Assembly (NCBI GenBank): GCA_963722075.1
Contig: CAVRJM010000001.1
Coordinates: forward strand, 149,898-213,897
Origin: Candidatus Babeliales bacterium
GTDB lineage: Bacteria > Babelota > Babeliae > Babelales > JANWKD01
DNA: 64,000 nucleotides
Direction of reading: 5' to 3'
This document shows positions 37,913-47,535 of this stretch, in pieces. The number at the start of each line of letters is the position of its first letter. Within the stretch, counting starts at the first letter, position 1. The translations under genes were made by a program, and so were the position numbers. Below the pieces are notes generated by a model that was not told the DNA's origin, searched no databases, and worked only from the letters and a program-made list of their open reading frames with translations.

Positions 37913-39348
37913 TATGTTCCTTCAATGGATTTTGCGGTTTTGGTGGCGGCAATAAATGGAGAACGGGCTGTTCGCTCTTTTATTTTTTTAGCATATCCTT
38001 CTTTATTTATTTGCCGAGCGCGGCCGATTGCTAGGGTTGCTGGTGGAATATGGTTGGTAATAACAGAACCTGCTGCGGTGTAGCTTTCTTTTTCTATAGT
38101 TACCGGAGCAACAAGTGTGTTGTTACTGCCAATAAATACCTGATCTTTAATAATGGTAGCATGTTTGTTAACACCATCATAATTACAGGTGATAGTGCCA
38201 GCACCTATATTGACCTTATTGCCAATAGTTGCATTACCCAAAAAAGAAAGATGTTTTGCTTTACTGTGTTTGCCCACCGTGCTCTTTTTTACTTGTACAA
38301 AATTGCCAATAACTGAATGCTCTTCAATGGTTGTTGATCCTTCAATATGCGCAAAAGGGCCAATATGACAATAATCATGAATGGTAGAATCAGTAATAAC
38401 GGAATGAGAATAAACAGTAACCTTATTCCCAACTGATGCGTTATTAATAATTGAAAAGGGTTCAATGTTGCAATTGTTGCCAATGCGCGATCCATTAATA
38501 ATATGCACACCGCTACTTATATAGCTTCCCGATCCAATAATTACATCAGTATCAATATGAACATTTTGTGCAGCATAAAAACGTACGCCACGTTCCATCC
38601 AGTAGGTAATTAATGATGAGCGTTTTATTTGCTCAACAGTCCAAAGTTCTTTAAAATCATTAACGCCGCGAATGGTATCAAAAGGTGCATCAATCGTTTT
38701 AACGATCAGCTGTTGATCGCCAGCAATTTTTATTAAATCAGTAATATATAATTCATTAGTTATCTTGCTCTGTTCAAGCTTATGGATATTATCTTCTAAA
38801 AAGCTTTTTTTAAAGAGGTAAATACCCGCATTAATGCAGCAAGATTCTTCCTTATAATCGGTACGTTCTTTTGCCTCAACAATAGTAATTCTGGTATCTT
38901 CTTTCAGAATGCGCCCATATCCTTTGAGCCCTGGATCAGTATTATGTGCTATAACCAAGGTAACTGCCGCATCTGTAAGTGTATGCGTATCAATTAATTG
39001 GGTGATGAGTTCTTGCGTGATGAGGGGAGTATCGCCATTGAGTACTAATACATATTCGGCATTCCAATTATTTTTCGTGGAATACAATGCATGTCCAGTA
39101 CCTTTTTGTTCAGACTGAATTTCAAAATTGATCGTTGTGCCATGCCGTCGGGTGATTATATGTTCTATGGTCTCCCGATCATGGCCCACGACTACGGTAG
39201 TATCAATATGTAATTTTTCAAGAAGAGTAGTTGCATATAATATCATTTCTTGACCGCAAATTTTTTCCGCTAATTTAGTTTTGCCGGTATTAAAACGTGT
39301 TGAGCGGCCTGCTGCTAAAATGATTGCTTGTACCTTATTTTCTGACAT
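37912..39348 (-). CDS. glmU: bifunctional UDP-GlcNAc pyrophosphorylase / GlcN-1-P N-acetyltransferase
   Basis: ILAAGRSTRF..GKTKL nucleotidyltransferase motif and a long C-terminal hexapeptide (LbH) repeat region. SD aaggag precedes the ATG at 39348. TAATG overlap with the sbcD start. Confidence 0.93.
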   Translation of the reverse strand: MSENKVQAIILAAGRSTRFNTGKTKLAEKICGQEMILYATTLLEKLHIDTTVVVGHDRETIEHIITRRHGTTINFEIQSEQKGTGHALYSTKNNWNAEYVLVLNGDTPLITQELITQLIDTHTLTDAAVTLVIAHNTDPGLKGYGRILKEDTRITIVEAKERTDYKEESCCINAGIYLFKKSFLEDNIHKLEQSKITNELYITDLIKIAGDQQLIVKTIDAPFDTIRGVNDFKELWTVEQIKRSSLITYWMERGVRFYAAQNVHIDTDVIIGSGSYISSGVHIINGSRIGNNCNIEPFSIINNASVGNKVTVYSHSVITDSTIHDYCHIGPFAHIEGSTTIEEHSVIGNFVQVKKSTVGKHSKAKHLSFLGNATIGNKVNIGAGTITCNYDGVNKHATIIKDQVFIGSNNTLVAPVTIEKESYTAAGSVITNHIPPATLAIGRARQINKEGYAKKIKERTARSPFIAATKTAKSIEGT

Positions 39349-39497
39349 ACAGAGCTCCTTAAATCGTGAACAATTCAATCCCATCATGAGGGGTGCCTAA
39401 TTTTGTCCCAGTATACCTGCCATTTTGAATATTTTTAATCCCTTTTTATTTTTTTTGTATGCAATTATTAGATGATACATGGTATAAAAATATAACT

Positions 39498-39625
39498 GAA
39501 AGCGACTTGAGCAAAGGCTGGATCATAATGATAGTTGTTCCTATTGTTCATTCCGAATGCAGTTTGGGAATCCATTAATAAAATCACTATTGTCATCACG
39601 AGCTTGCGTGGTGATCCATTAATGA
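39498..39625. repeat. cluster of GC-rich palindromic repeats (two GTCAT..ATCCATTAAT hairpins)
   Basis: gttcATTCCgaatgcagtttgGGAATccattaataaa and tgtcATCACgagcttgcgtgGTGATccattaatg, preceded by ..gcaaaggctggatcataatga. Confidence 0.8.
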
Positions 39626-39646
39626 GATTATCATCCTATTTTATAT

Positions 39647-40102
39647 TCAGATTACTTTTGGCTTGTATATCGTAATTTTATTGCCATCAGGATCAAGCGC
39701 AATAAATGCCCTTTTGCCTTCTATTTCAATTAATGGTTGCAGTATAGGAATTTCCATAGCGATAAAATCTTCATAAGAATTCTCGATCTTGTTAGCACCA
39801 AACGATAAGTTATAAGTACCCGTGGGTTGCCATTCGTTGGCGGAAAGAGATAAAATTAACTTTCCAAAATCTAATGAAAAAGAAGAAGAAGTTGGTCTTA
39901 GATTATCAGGTTTTATTCCCAAAATTTTTTCGTAGAAAGCGGTACTTACGTTCACGTTTTTTACATATACCATATCGATATAATGTATGGAAGCTTTTTG
40001 TGCATTACCCCATACAAGAGTTCCCATTTGTTTATAAAATATAGGTATTAATACCATCATAACAATTTTGAATAATAAAACCTTATCCGGTTCAGATGTC
40101 AT
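39647..40102 (-). CDS. VOC/glyoxalase-family protein (start uncertain)
   Basis: ..IDMVYVKNVNVSTAFYEKILGIKP.. and ..AFIALDPDGNKITIY are typical glyoxalase/bleomycin-resistance beta-alpha-beta-beta-beta module ends. The N-terminal 40 aa of the ORF may not be translated. Confidence 0.6.
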   Translation of the reverse strand: MTSEPDKVLLFKIVMMVLIPIFYKQMGTLVWGNAQKASIHYIDMVYVKNVNVSTAFYEKILGIKPDNLRPTSSSFSLDFGKLILSLSANEWQPTGTYNLSFGANKIENSYEDFIAMEIPILQPLIEIEGKRAFIALDPDGNKITIYKPKVI

Positions 40103-40350
40103 ATAATAATTTTACTTTCGTGGTAATATTTTCTTTCGAACAATGATCTATTACTAGTTGTCCTCAATACTACCACTTTTATTACACCCATTTTTTCATT
40201 TTATTGTGATTTGCTCAAATTTCTATTTTAACGTTTAATAATATAGCTTAATTTTTCTCAGTTGTCTCTATGAGAGCTTAATTTAAGACTATAAATAAAA
40301 AAATGAGAAGTTATTGAAGTTTGCCATAGTATGTTCAACGTAATTATACC

Positions 40351-40405
40351 AGCGCCTTGTCCGGCATCGCCTTGGCGACGACGGAAAGCTAGGGATGACA
40401 GAGGG
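40351..40405. repeat. truncated reverse copy of ~95-nt element E1
   Basis: The reverse complement, ccctctgtcatccctagctttccgtcgtcgccaaggcgatgccggacaaggcgct, matches 50150-50200 and 47380-47432 (reverse complement). Confidence 0.85.
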
Positions 40406-40607
40406 AAAAATTTTTACTAGAAGATTCCTTACTTCGCTCAACATACTAGGTTGAGTTATGCTGAAGAAATGAATTGCCTGTTCCGAAATGTCAGGATCAA
40501 AGGTATAAAATAAAAAACAAAATGATATGTTGAAACTACCAAAAATAACTTCTCAAAAAACCAGAATCCTTTATCCTTATGTAATGTATAATAACGGTGA
40601 GTTTTAT

Positions 40608-40700
40608 GGAGAGATGGCTGAGCGGTCGAAAGCGGTTGCCTCGAAAGCGATTATTCTCTAAATAAGGGAATCGAGGGTTCGAATCCCTCTCTCTCCTCCA
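40608..40700 (+). tRNA. tRNA-Ser (anticodon CGA), CCA encoded
   Basis: Acceptor GGAGAGA/TCTCTCC; anticodon stem GTTGC/GCGAT with loop CTCGAAA (anticodon CGA). It has a long class-II variable arm, a T-arm GAGGG-TTCGAAT-CCCTC, and a terminal TCCA. Confidence 0.9.
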
Positions 40701-40899
40701 TACTTCGCTAAAGCTTCGTATGGCAGGCCAACTTTTTAAATGATTGAAATTAATATAAATAGAATAGTGAAAGCGAAGTATGCCTTCGAAGTTCGTAGGG
40801 CTTATGAGAATAACGTGAAGATGGATACAACGCTTGGCACGGCTATTTAGAATGATAGAAATTTATTATTAGAGCAATGAAAGAGCGAAGACGGTAATA

Positions 40900-42168
40900 A
40901 TGTTTGTTAAGTATCGAAATTCTTTTTTTATTTTTTTTCTGTTGTGTTTAATCGGTTCCACCAGTAAAGCATGGGTAGCTGATAATCGTTTTTTACCTGA
41001 ATTTTATCCGCATGTTAATCATTACAGAACATGGGAATCTCCCTCTACCAGTTATCTTGATGGGCTTTTTATGGTGGGGCATGATGCTTTTGATCATGAG
41101 GACGATGAAAAAGAGGTGGGCATTTTTGATATATTTGGTAATTATGATGAAAATAAATTAGCACAAGCAATTGTTGCAATTGGGCTCCCCGATCCATTTG
41201 ATGCCTTTCCAACATTACAACGATTTCGTGGTCAAGAAATTTTGTGGAATATGGAAAGCAAAATTCAAGCACAAGGTGCGGTATTTCAATTTGAACAACA
41301 AGTATGGGATTATCTTTGGATAGGCGGTTCATCATTTTTTCTTCATCTATATTCACGCATCAATTTTGAATTAAACCCCCATACCATTAGAACATTATCA
41401 ATTAGCCCTGAGGATCAAATAAGCTTAGATCAAATGCGTCGCCTGATGAATGATGAAATTGGCATTTTTCCGCCGGTGGTGAGTAAAGTTGGTTTTTCAG
41501 ATATAGATGTCTATTTGCGCTTAGGCTCTATGTGGGAATACCTGTGTAAATTTAGAAAAGTTGATGCAGGCTTCAGTTTTGGGGGATTAATACCAACCGG
41601 TTTGATGCGTACGATCCAAAATCCTGCTTCTATTCCCATTGGTGGTGATGGGCATTGGGGCGTATATCTTAAAGGAGACCTTGAATTAGAATTAAAAGAA
41701 GATTGGAAGGCTGGCGCCTGGTTTCGTATTAATAAGCGATTTAAAAAATATAGAACGGAGCGGTTGCAGGTTGTTGATGAGCAGCAACTTTTTGGCGTAG
41801 TTCAAGGCCGTGTTGCCATTAATCCCGGATGGACTTTTCTTTTTGCGCCGTATGGACGATTAGAAAATATCCGTGAAGGATTTGGTCTTGAGTTGGGGTA
41901 TGTTATTACGCATCATATGCAGGATGATTGGAAGGATGCACGTGAGGTGCAAATACCAACAGTAAATCTGCAAGAGATTATAAAACGTTCTTCATGGACG
42001 TCTGAATATGTTATGGTTGAAGCATTTTTTGATTCTGCTAGAATTTTACCATCTTATTGTAAAGCACCAATTATATCTTTTAGATGGGATGTACCAATAC
42101 GATTTTTTGCAGCTAAAGGCGCTGCCAAAACGAATCGAATTATGTTAGGAATTGAATTAAATTATTAA
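40900..42168 (+). CDS. putative outer-membrane beta-barrel protein
   Basis: Signal peptide MFVKYRNSFFIFFLLCLIGSTSKA|W, alternating amphipathic strands in the C-terminal half, and a terminal ..LGIELNY aromatic beta-signal. Confidence 0.55.
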   Translation: MFVKYRNSFFIFFLLCLIGSTSKAWVADNRFLPEFYPHVNHYRTWESPSTSYLDGLFMVGHDAFDHEDDEKEVGIFDIFGNYDENKLAQAIVAIGLPDPFDAFPTLQRFRGQEILWNMESKIQAQGAVFQFEQQVWDYLWIGGSSFFLHLYSRINFELNPHTIRTLSISPEDQISLDQMRRLMNDEIGIFPPVVSKVGFSDIDVYLRLGSMWEYLCKFRKVDAGFSFGGLIPTGLMRTIQNPASIPIGGDGHWGVYLKGDLELELKEDWKAGAWFRINKRFKKYRTERLQVVDEQQLFGVVQGRVAINPGWTFLFAPYGRLENIREGFGLELGYVITHHMQDDWKDAREVQIPTVNLQEIIKRSSWTSEYVMVEAFFDSARILPSYCKAPIISFRWDVPIRFFAAKGAAKTNRIMLGIELNY

Positions 42169-42184
42169 AGGTTGGGTTTAACTT

Positions 42185-43234
42185 ATGGCAAAATTATTAA
42201 CGTTCTTTCCCGCAAAAAAACTATTTAGTTTTTTTTCTAATGATATTGCAATCGATTTAGGAACAGCAAATACGTTAGTGTATGTTCGCAATAAAGGTAT
42301 CGTGCTTGATGAACCGACGGTAGTTGCGGTTAAAGCAAACACTAATATAGTATTAGCTGCAGGACGTAGTGCTAAGGAAATGCTTGGCAAAACGCCAGAA
42401 AGTATTGTCGCCTGCCGTCCCATGCGTGATGGCGTTATTGCTAACTTTGAATTAACTGAAAGTATGTTGCGCTATTTTATCCGCTCGGTAAATGATAATC
42501 GTCGTACCATGATCCGCCCTCGTATGATTATTGGCGTTCCTTCGGGCATTACACAAGTTGAGCGGCGCGCGATTGAAGAATCAGCAAAGCAGGCAGGTGC
42601 GCGTGAAGTGCACACCATTATGGAACCGATGGCAGCAGCAATTGGTGCTGGGTTGGCGGTACAGGATCCTGTTGGCAGTATGATTGTTGATATTGGTGGC
42701 GGAACTACTGAAGTTGCGGTTATTACGCTTAAAGATGTGGTGTTTTGCCGTTCCGTGCGCGTGGGCGGTGATGAAATGGATCGCTCCATTGTGCAGTATG
42801 TAAAACGAAAATATAATCTTCTTATTGGTGAACGAACCGCTGAACAAGTTAAAATAAATATTGGTACGGTTATTCTTGATTCCCCTATTGAGAAGATGAA
42901 TGTAAAAGGGCGTGATTTAGTAACCGGTATTCCAAAAACAATTTTGTTAACAAGCACGGAAGTTAATGAAGCGTTACTGGAAACCGTTTCGCATATCGTT
43001 GACGTGGTACGTGTTGCTTTGGAAAATACCCCGCCAGAACTTTCATCTGATTTGGTTGATAAAGGAATTGTAATGGCAGGTGGTGGTTCTCTTTTGCGTG
43101 GTCTTGATAAACTTATTTCTAAAGAAACTAAATTGCCGGTGCGCCTTGCCGATGATCCATTGCGTTGTGTGGTGAACGGAGCAGGTATGGTGCTTGATAA
43201 ATTAGATTTCTTCAAAGAAACATTAATGAAATAA
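42185..43234 (+). CDS. mreB: rod-shape-determining actin homolog MreB
   Basis: FSNDIAIDLGTANTLVY, VPSGITQVERRA, DIGGGTTEVAV and IVMAGGGSLLRGLD. Confidence 0.96.
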   Translation: MAKLLTFFPAKKLFSFFSNDIAIDLGTANTLVYVRNKGIVLDEPTVVAVKANTNIVLAAGRSAKEMLGKTPESIVACRPMRDGVIANFELTESMLRYFIRSVNDNRRTMIRPRMIIGVPSGITQVERRAIEESAKQAGAREVHTIMEPMAAAIGAGLAVQDPVGSMIVDIGGGTTEVAVITLKDVVFCRSVRVGGDEMDRSIVQYVKRKYNLLIGERTAEQVKINIGTVILDSPIEKMNVKGRDLVTGIPKTILLTSTEVNEALLETVSHIVDVVRVALENTPPELSSDLVDKGIVMAGGGSLLRGLDKLISKETKLPVRLADDPLRCVVNGAGMVLDKLDFFKETLMK

Positions 43235-43239
43235 TACAT

Positions 43240-44022
43240 TTGAATAAAGTACAATCTCAGGGGATTCCCCTTAAAAAGAAATTTGGGCAACATTTTTTAC
43301 GTGATCAAAGCGTGGTTGATGCTGCTATTGCACGGGTAGATATTACTAATGCTTCGGTGTTTGAAATTGGAGGCGGTGACGGTTTTTTAACGCGTTCAAT
43401 TTTGCAAGCACCCATTGCGCGTTTGTGGGTATTTGAAATCGATCCCGATTGGGTTAGCTATTTACAAAATAGTATCCATGATGAACGCTTATGCGTTAAA
43501 CATGAGAATATTTTAGATGTGAATTTTGAGCAATTTGAACCCAATAAGCCATGGACCTTACTAGCGAATTTACCCTACCAAATTACCTTCCCTATCTTTT
43601 ATATGCTCTATGATCATCGGGCATTAATAAAAGAAGGAGTGGTTATGGTGCAAGAAGAAGTGGCACAAAAATTAGTTAAAACCCGTGGCAAAGGATATGG
43701 ATTCCCGTCGCTTTTTTTTAACCATTATTTTGAACTTGAATTGTTACAAAAAATTCCACCTACAGCATTTTTGCCACCGCCCAAAGTCTATTCGCGGCTT
43801 ATATATATCAAGCCAAAAAACAATGTGCCCATTATTCCCCATGAACCAGAATTTTGGAAATTTATTAAAATCTGCTTTGCTCAACCGCGTCGTACACTTA
43901 AAAATAATCTTAATCATACGCATTATGATATGAATAAGATTTCTGAAGAAACGTTAGCGTTGCGCGCGCAGCAAATGAAAATGGAAGATTTTTTAGAGAT
44001 TTGGAAAAAAATCAATTATTAA
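43240..44022 (+). CDS. rsmA: 16S rRNA (adenine1518/1519-N6)-dimethyltransferase
   Basis: KKKFGQHFL, SAM motif VFEIGGGDGFLT, and NLPYQIT. TTG start. Confidence 0.92.
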   Translation: MNKVQSQGIPLKKKFGQHFLRDQSVVDAAIARVDITNASVFEIGGGDGFLTRSILQAPIARLWVFEIDPDWVSYLQNSIHDERLCVKHENILDVNFEQFEPNKPWTLLANLPYQITFPIFYMLYDHRALIKEGVVMVQEEVAQKLVKTRGKGYGFPSLFFNHYFELELLQKIPPTAFLPPPKVYSRLIYIKPKNNVPIIPHEPEFWKFIKICFAQPRRTLKNNLNHTHYDMNKISEETLALRAQQMKMEDFLEIWKKINY

Positions 44023-44077
44023 TAAAACCTTTTCTTATTATAACTAATTTTAATAATACAATATTACAGGAATTAAA

Positions 44078-44441
44078 ATGCAGATCGATCTTTTATTAGA
44101 TTTAATAAAGATAGGATGTGTGTTAATGAAGATGGGACACGTAGCTCCCGAATTACGTTTTGCCAGTGACGAGTTATTGCTCGTAAAATATTACTATAAT
44201 AGATCAAATAAGGATGAGCAAACCAAGCTAACAAGATTGCCTACCAACCATGCAGGGGTTAGATATAACACCCCGATTTAATACGAAGATTACCTCCTTA
44301 ATTTATTATGCACAAAGTAGTAGTGATCTGAAAATAAAGAGTGATTTAGAAAAATATTTTACTGAGGATAAAATTTTTTTTAGATCGGATGTTGAAGGTA
44401 AAAAAAATGTTGATTATAGTTTGAAAGATCCCCGTACGTAA
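44078..44441 (+). pseudogene. decayed, 5'-truncated paralog of 35693..36661
   Basis: 44250-44441 (MQGLDITPRFNTKITSLIYYAQSSSDLK..YFTEDKIFFRSDVEGK) aligns with the C-terminus of the 322-aa protein (MEGLDMAPRFNEKITSLIYYAQSHGDIK..FFTEDKKFFKPDVEGK). The upstream piece (IDLLLDLIK..ELRFASDE..LLLVKYYYNRSNKDEQ) aligns in other frames. There is no signal peptide, no K-x-H motif, and KFK has become RFA. Confidence 0.75.
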
Positions 44442-44463
44442 ATCGCCTATCTTTATGGGGCAA

Positions 44464-45678
44464 TTAATCCAGCGTTAATATGACTTTCATCCATCCATCA
44501 GCACGTTTATCAAATTGCTTATATCCAGTAACAATCTCATCAAAGGGTAATTTATGGGAATAAAAATCGCGCGAGTCAAAAATGCTATTCTGTACCCATT
44601 CAAGCAAGCGCGGAATATACTTACGATGATTGCAATTTCCCATTCGCAGGATAAGATTTTTTCCCATAGCTTCTCCAATCGGGAATGTCTTTAATAATTC
44701 GGTATAGACGCCAATGATAGAAATAGTTCCTGCTTTTGCAACTGATCTGACTGCCCATTGCAATGCTTGTGATGGTGCATTTCCGGGAATCCAATTACCG
44801 TGATGCGGATTAATGCGTGGCGCAACAGTTTTAACTTCTTTTTTAAATTCTTTAAGCCACGCATGATGTTTTAATGAAGAAAAAAAGGAATAATGAGGAT
44901 GATCAGCATCAATGCCGACCGCATCAATTATTTTAGTAGGTCCTTTGTTACTGGTACTTTTTTTGAGTTCTGTGTATGGATCATGAGTATCAAAATTAAT
45001 GGTAATAGCGCCTTGTGCTGCTGCTTTTTGTAAGCGAAATGGTATGCGATCAATGGCAAACACTGCAGCTGGTTTTAATTGGTTTACACAAAAAAGTATG
45101 AGTTGGCCGACTGGGCCGCAGCCAAATATAGCAACCGTATCATCAGGTTGGATATCGGCCATTTCAACAGCCATGTAGGCAGTGGGTAAAATATCTGATA
45201 ATAAAATAACTTGATCATCAACAATGGAATCAGGAATAGCAATCAATGAAGCATCAGCATATGGTACACGAACTTTTTGGGTTTGCATTCCTTGAAAGGG
45301 GCCTGAATCTTTAGGGCCGCCATAATACGGTGTGCCGGCATCAGGACCTTGTGGATTAGCATTATCGCATTGGGAATAGATTTCTTTGCGACAATATTCA
45401 CAATAGCCGCAGCTGATGGTAGAAGGAACAATAACGCGATCGCCGATTTTAAATTTTTCAACGCGAGCGCCAAGCTGCTCAACTATACCAACTCCTTCAT
45501 GCCCTAAAATAGTTCCTTTAAGAGTGTTTGCGATAGTGCCGCGTACGCTATGTAAATCGGTTCCGCAAATAGCACTACGCGTTAATTTTACAATGACATC
45601 ATGATCATTTTTAAGTTTAGGCTCAGGAACGTGCTCTAAACGAATATCTCCCACCTTATAAAATACTAGCGCTTTCAT
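44464..45678 (-). CDS. zinc-dependent medium-chain dehydrogenase (formaldehyde/alcohol dehydrogenase-like)
   Basis: MKALVFYKVGDIRLE.., catalytic Zn CGTDLH..GHEGVG, structural Zn CGYCEYCRK..C, and Rossmann GCGPVG. SD ggag precedes the ATG at 45678. Confidence 0.88.
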   Translation of the reverse strand: MKALVFYKVGDIRLEHVPEPKLKNDHDVIVKLTRSAICGTDLHSVRGTIANTLKGTILGHEGVGIVEQLGARVEKFKIGDRVIVPSTISCGYCEYCRKEIYSQCDNANPQGPDAGTPYYGGPKDSGPFQGMQTQKVRVPYADASLIAIPDSIVDDQVILLSDILPTAYMAVEMADIQPDDTVAIFGCGPVGQLILFCVNQLKPAAVFAIDRIPFRLQKAAAQGAITINFDTHDPYTELKKSTSNKGPTKIIDAVGIDADHPHYSFFSSLKHHAWLKEFKKEVKTVAPRINPHHGNWIPGNAPSQALQWAVRSVAKAGTISIIGVYTELLKTFPIGEAMGKNLILRMGNCNHRKYIPRLLEWVQNSIFDSRDFYSHKLPFDEIVTGYKQFDKRADGWMKVILTLD

Positions 45679-45757
45679 AAACTGAATCTCCTTTTTATGG
45701 TAAGCGTAGTTTAACAATGAGATTGGATGCAATTATTTTACAAAAAATCCCAAACAG

Positions 45758-47164
45758 TTAGGAGATTATTGCACGGCGCCATTTGCGGCGTTTGAGCCAT
45801 CTTTCTTTTTTTTGAGCCTTTTTTGATTCATGTGCGTTTGCAAGCGCTTGCTGCGCTTTTTGTTCGTACATTTCTCGCGTGTATTGGGCGGGAATACAGG
45901 GCTTAATCACATCAAGGACGCGTTGATGATCGTCAATGCCAGGAAAGCTTACATTAAGTTTGTGAGAAGTATTAAGTGACCTAATACGCATTTTATTTTC
46001 AAATAAGCGAATATCCAACATTACATGATTAGAAGGTAAATTAAGTTCTTTTAGAATAGTAACCAAATACCCTAAATAAGCGCCCGCTGGAAAGGGATGG
46101 TACGGCAAATAATCGCGATAGCCAAATGTCCAGCCAAATGACCATAATTCTGTATGTCCTGGATCAGCATTCCGTAACAAACGCGAAGGAATAGTATCTT
46201 TGTGGCGCGTACAATTATTGTTGATGGCGGTGCGCGCGATACGTTTAAAGCGTAACCAAATTTGGGTTAATTTATCAGGAAGGGTGAACCCATAACGTGA
46301 GCTAAAGATACGGTTAGAAAAAAAGCGATTAGTAGCCAGGCAATCAACCACTTGAACGCGATCTCCGGTGGAATAAAAATGATATACTTTTTTAAATAAT
46401 GGATGAAGAATTAAATAATCAGCGTCAGGAATAACCGGAACTCCAATCAAAATAAGTTCATCAATGTGCCAGGGAAGTTTAAGTGGTGGTAAGGCATTTG
46501 CTGCTGGAGATGCAGTAATTGTTGGCGTAGCAATTTTTTGTGGTGCATTATGGCGTTCGTCGGCGGCATGAGCAGTTTTTAATACCACGTAACCACCATG
46601 GCTATAGGCGACCGTTTGAATTTTAGGTTCTATTCCTTTTGCACGTAATTTTGCTACTTCTTTATCAAGCTGATCATAAAAAATTAATGCCTCTTGGTAG
46701 CGTACTTGTGAGCTGAGTAATCCTGACCAGCCAAAGGTATAAAATAGATGTTCTTGCGCTTGTGGGTGCAATGAAGCAAACTCTTTATATGCATGAGCAA
46801 ATGCTGTTGAGGCGTTGCCTTGCAGTAAGCTGTGCATATCTACGGGCTGCAGCCCTAAACCTTGCATTGCATATACTTGGTAAAAAAACGGGTCTTTGCG
46901 CATAATTTCAACAGCGCGGGCATATATAGAATCAGCTATCTGATCTGTCATGAATCGGATTAAATTTGATACTGAAAGATGTGGTTTAATATTAATAATG
47001 CCATGCACAAAAATGGTCATCCATACTTCTTTAGGTTTCACGGTGGGTGAAATTCCATTTTGATTAGCGGGAATAATTTTTTCTGTTGTATGTACCAAAG
47101 AAATACCGCAGGTAACCCAAGTAAAAAGAAAAATAAAAGCAAAGCTTTTTTTAAATAAATTCAT
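45758..47164 (-). CDS. secreted alpha/beta-hydrolase (lipase/esterase-like)
   Basis: Signal peptide; FVHG oxyanion-type motif near the N-terminus; nucleophile elbow VAYSHGG (a GxSxG variant). Basic C-terminal tail. Confidence 0.55.
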   Translation of the reverse strand: MNLFKKSFAFIFLFTWVTCGISLVHTTEKIIPANQNGISPTVKPKEVWMTIFVHGIINIKPHLSVSNLIRFMTDQIADSIYARAVEIMRKDPFFYQVYAMQGLGLQPVDMHSLLQGNASTAFAHAYKEFASLHPQAQEHLFYTFGWSGLLSSQVRYQEALIFYDQLDKEVAKLRAKGIEPKIQTVAYSHGGYVVLKTAHAADERHNAPQKIATPTITASPAANALPPLKLPWHIDELILIGVPVIPDADYLILHPLFKKVYHFYSTGDRVQVVDCLATNRFFSNRIFSSRYGFTLPDKLTQIWLRFKRIARTAINNNCTRHKDTIPSRLLRNADPGHTELWSFGWTFGYRDYLPYHPFPAGAYLGYLVTILKELNLPSNHVMLDIRLFENKMRIRSLNTSHKLNVSFPGIDDHQRVLDVIKPCIPAQYTREMYEQKAQQALANAHESKKAQKKERWLKRRKWRRAIIS

Positions 47165-47290
47165 AATAGAAATAATTGAAAAAAATGAATAATACGTACC
47201 ATTTCTTAGTATATACAGTTTTTTAATAATTTTTATCGGGTATTTAATTCTATTTTATCATATTGGAGGGAGTAGAGGGGGAGGGAAATA

Positions 47291-47531
47291 AATTTTCGGG
47301 TGTACGACGCTGTTACCGGTCTTAATCAATTAATGGATCAAGCCTTCGCTAAAAAAAGCTACGGCGGACACAGTCCCCACGCCTTGTCCGGCATAGTCTT
47401 GGCGACGACGGAAAGCTCAGAATGACATGAGTGAGTCCTTGTCATCTTGAGGGAGCGTAGCGACCGTAAAGATCCAGTTATAAAATTAATTTATTATTTA
47501 TCATCCTGAGGAGCGTTAGCGACAAAAGGAT
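47291..47531. repeat. cluster of GC-rich mosaic repeats (5 modules)
   Basis: aaattttcgggtgtacgacgctgttaccgg matches 50433. The element E1 is present in reverse (47347-47432). There are two GTCAT hairpins: 47441-47477 (arms ATCTT/AAGAT) and 47501-47531 (arms ATCCT/AGGAT). Confidence 0.88.
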
Positions 47532-47535
47532 ATTA

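Noticed and set aside
42472-43293. 273-aa ORF antisense to mreB. Similar long antisense ORFs lie in gyrB (54429..54860), bamA (1878..2267) and the chaperone gene (32478..32822).
   Set aside because: These are mirror-strand ORFs of strongly conserved genes. Their translations are low-complexity (Ser/Thr/Arg/Ile-rich) with no motifs, no SD and no independent support.
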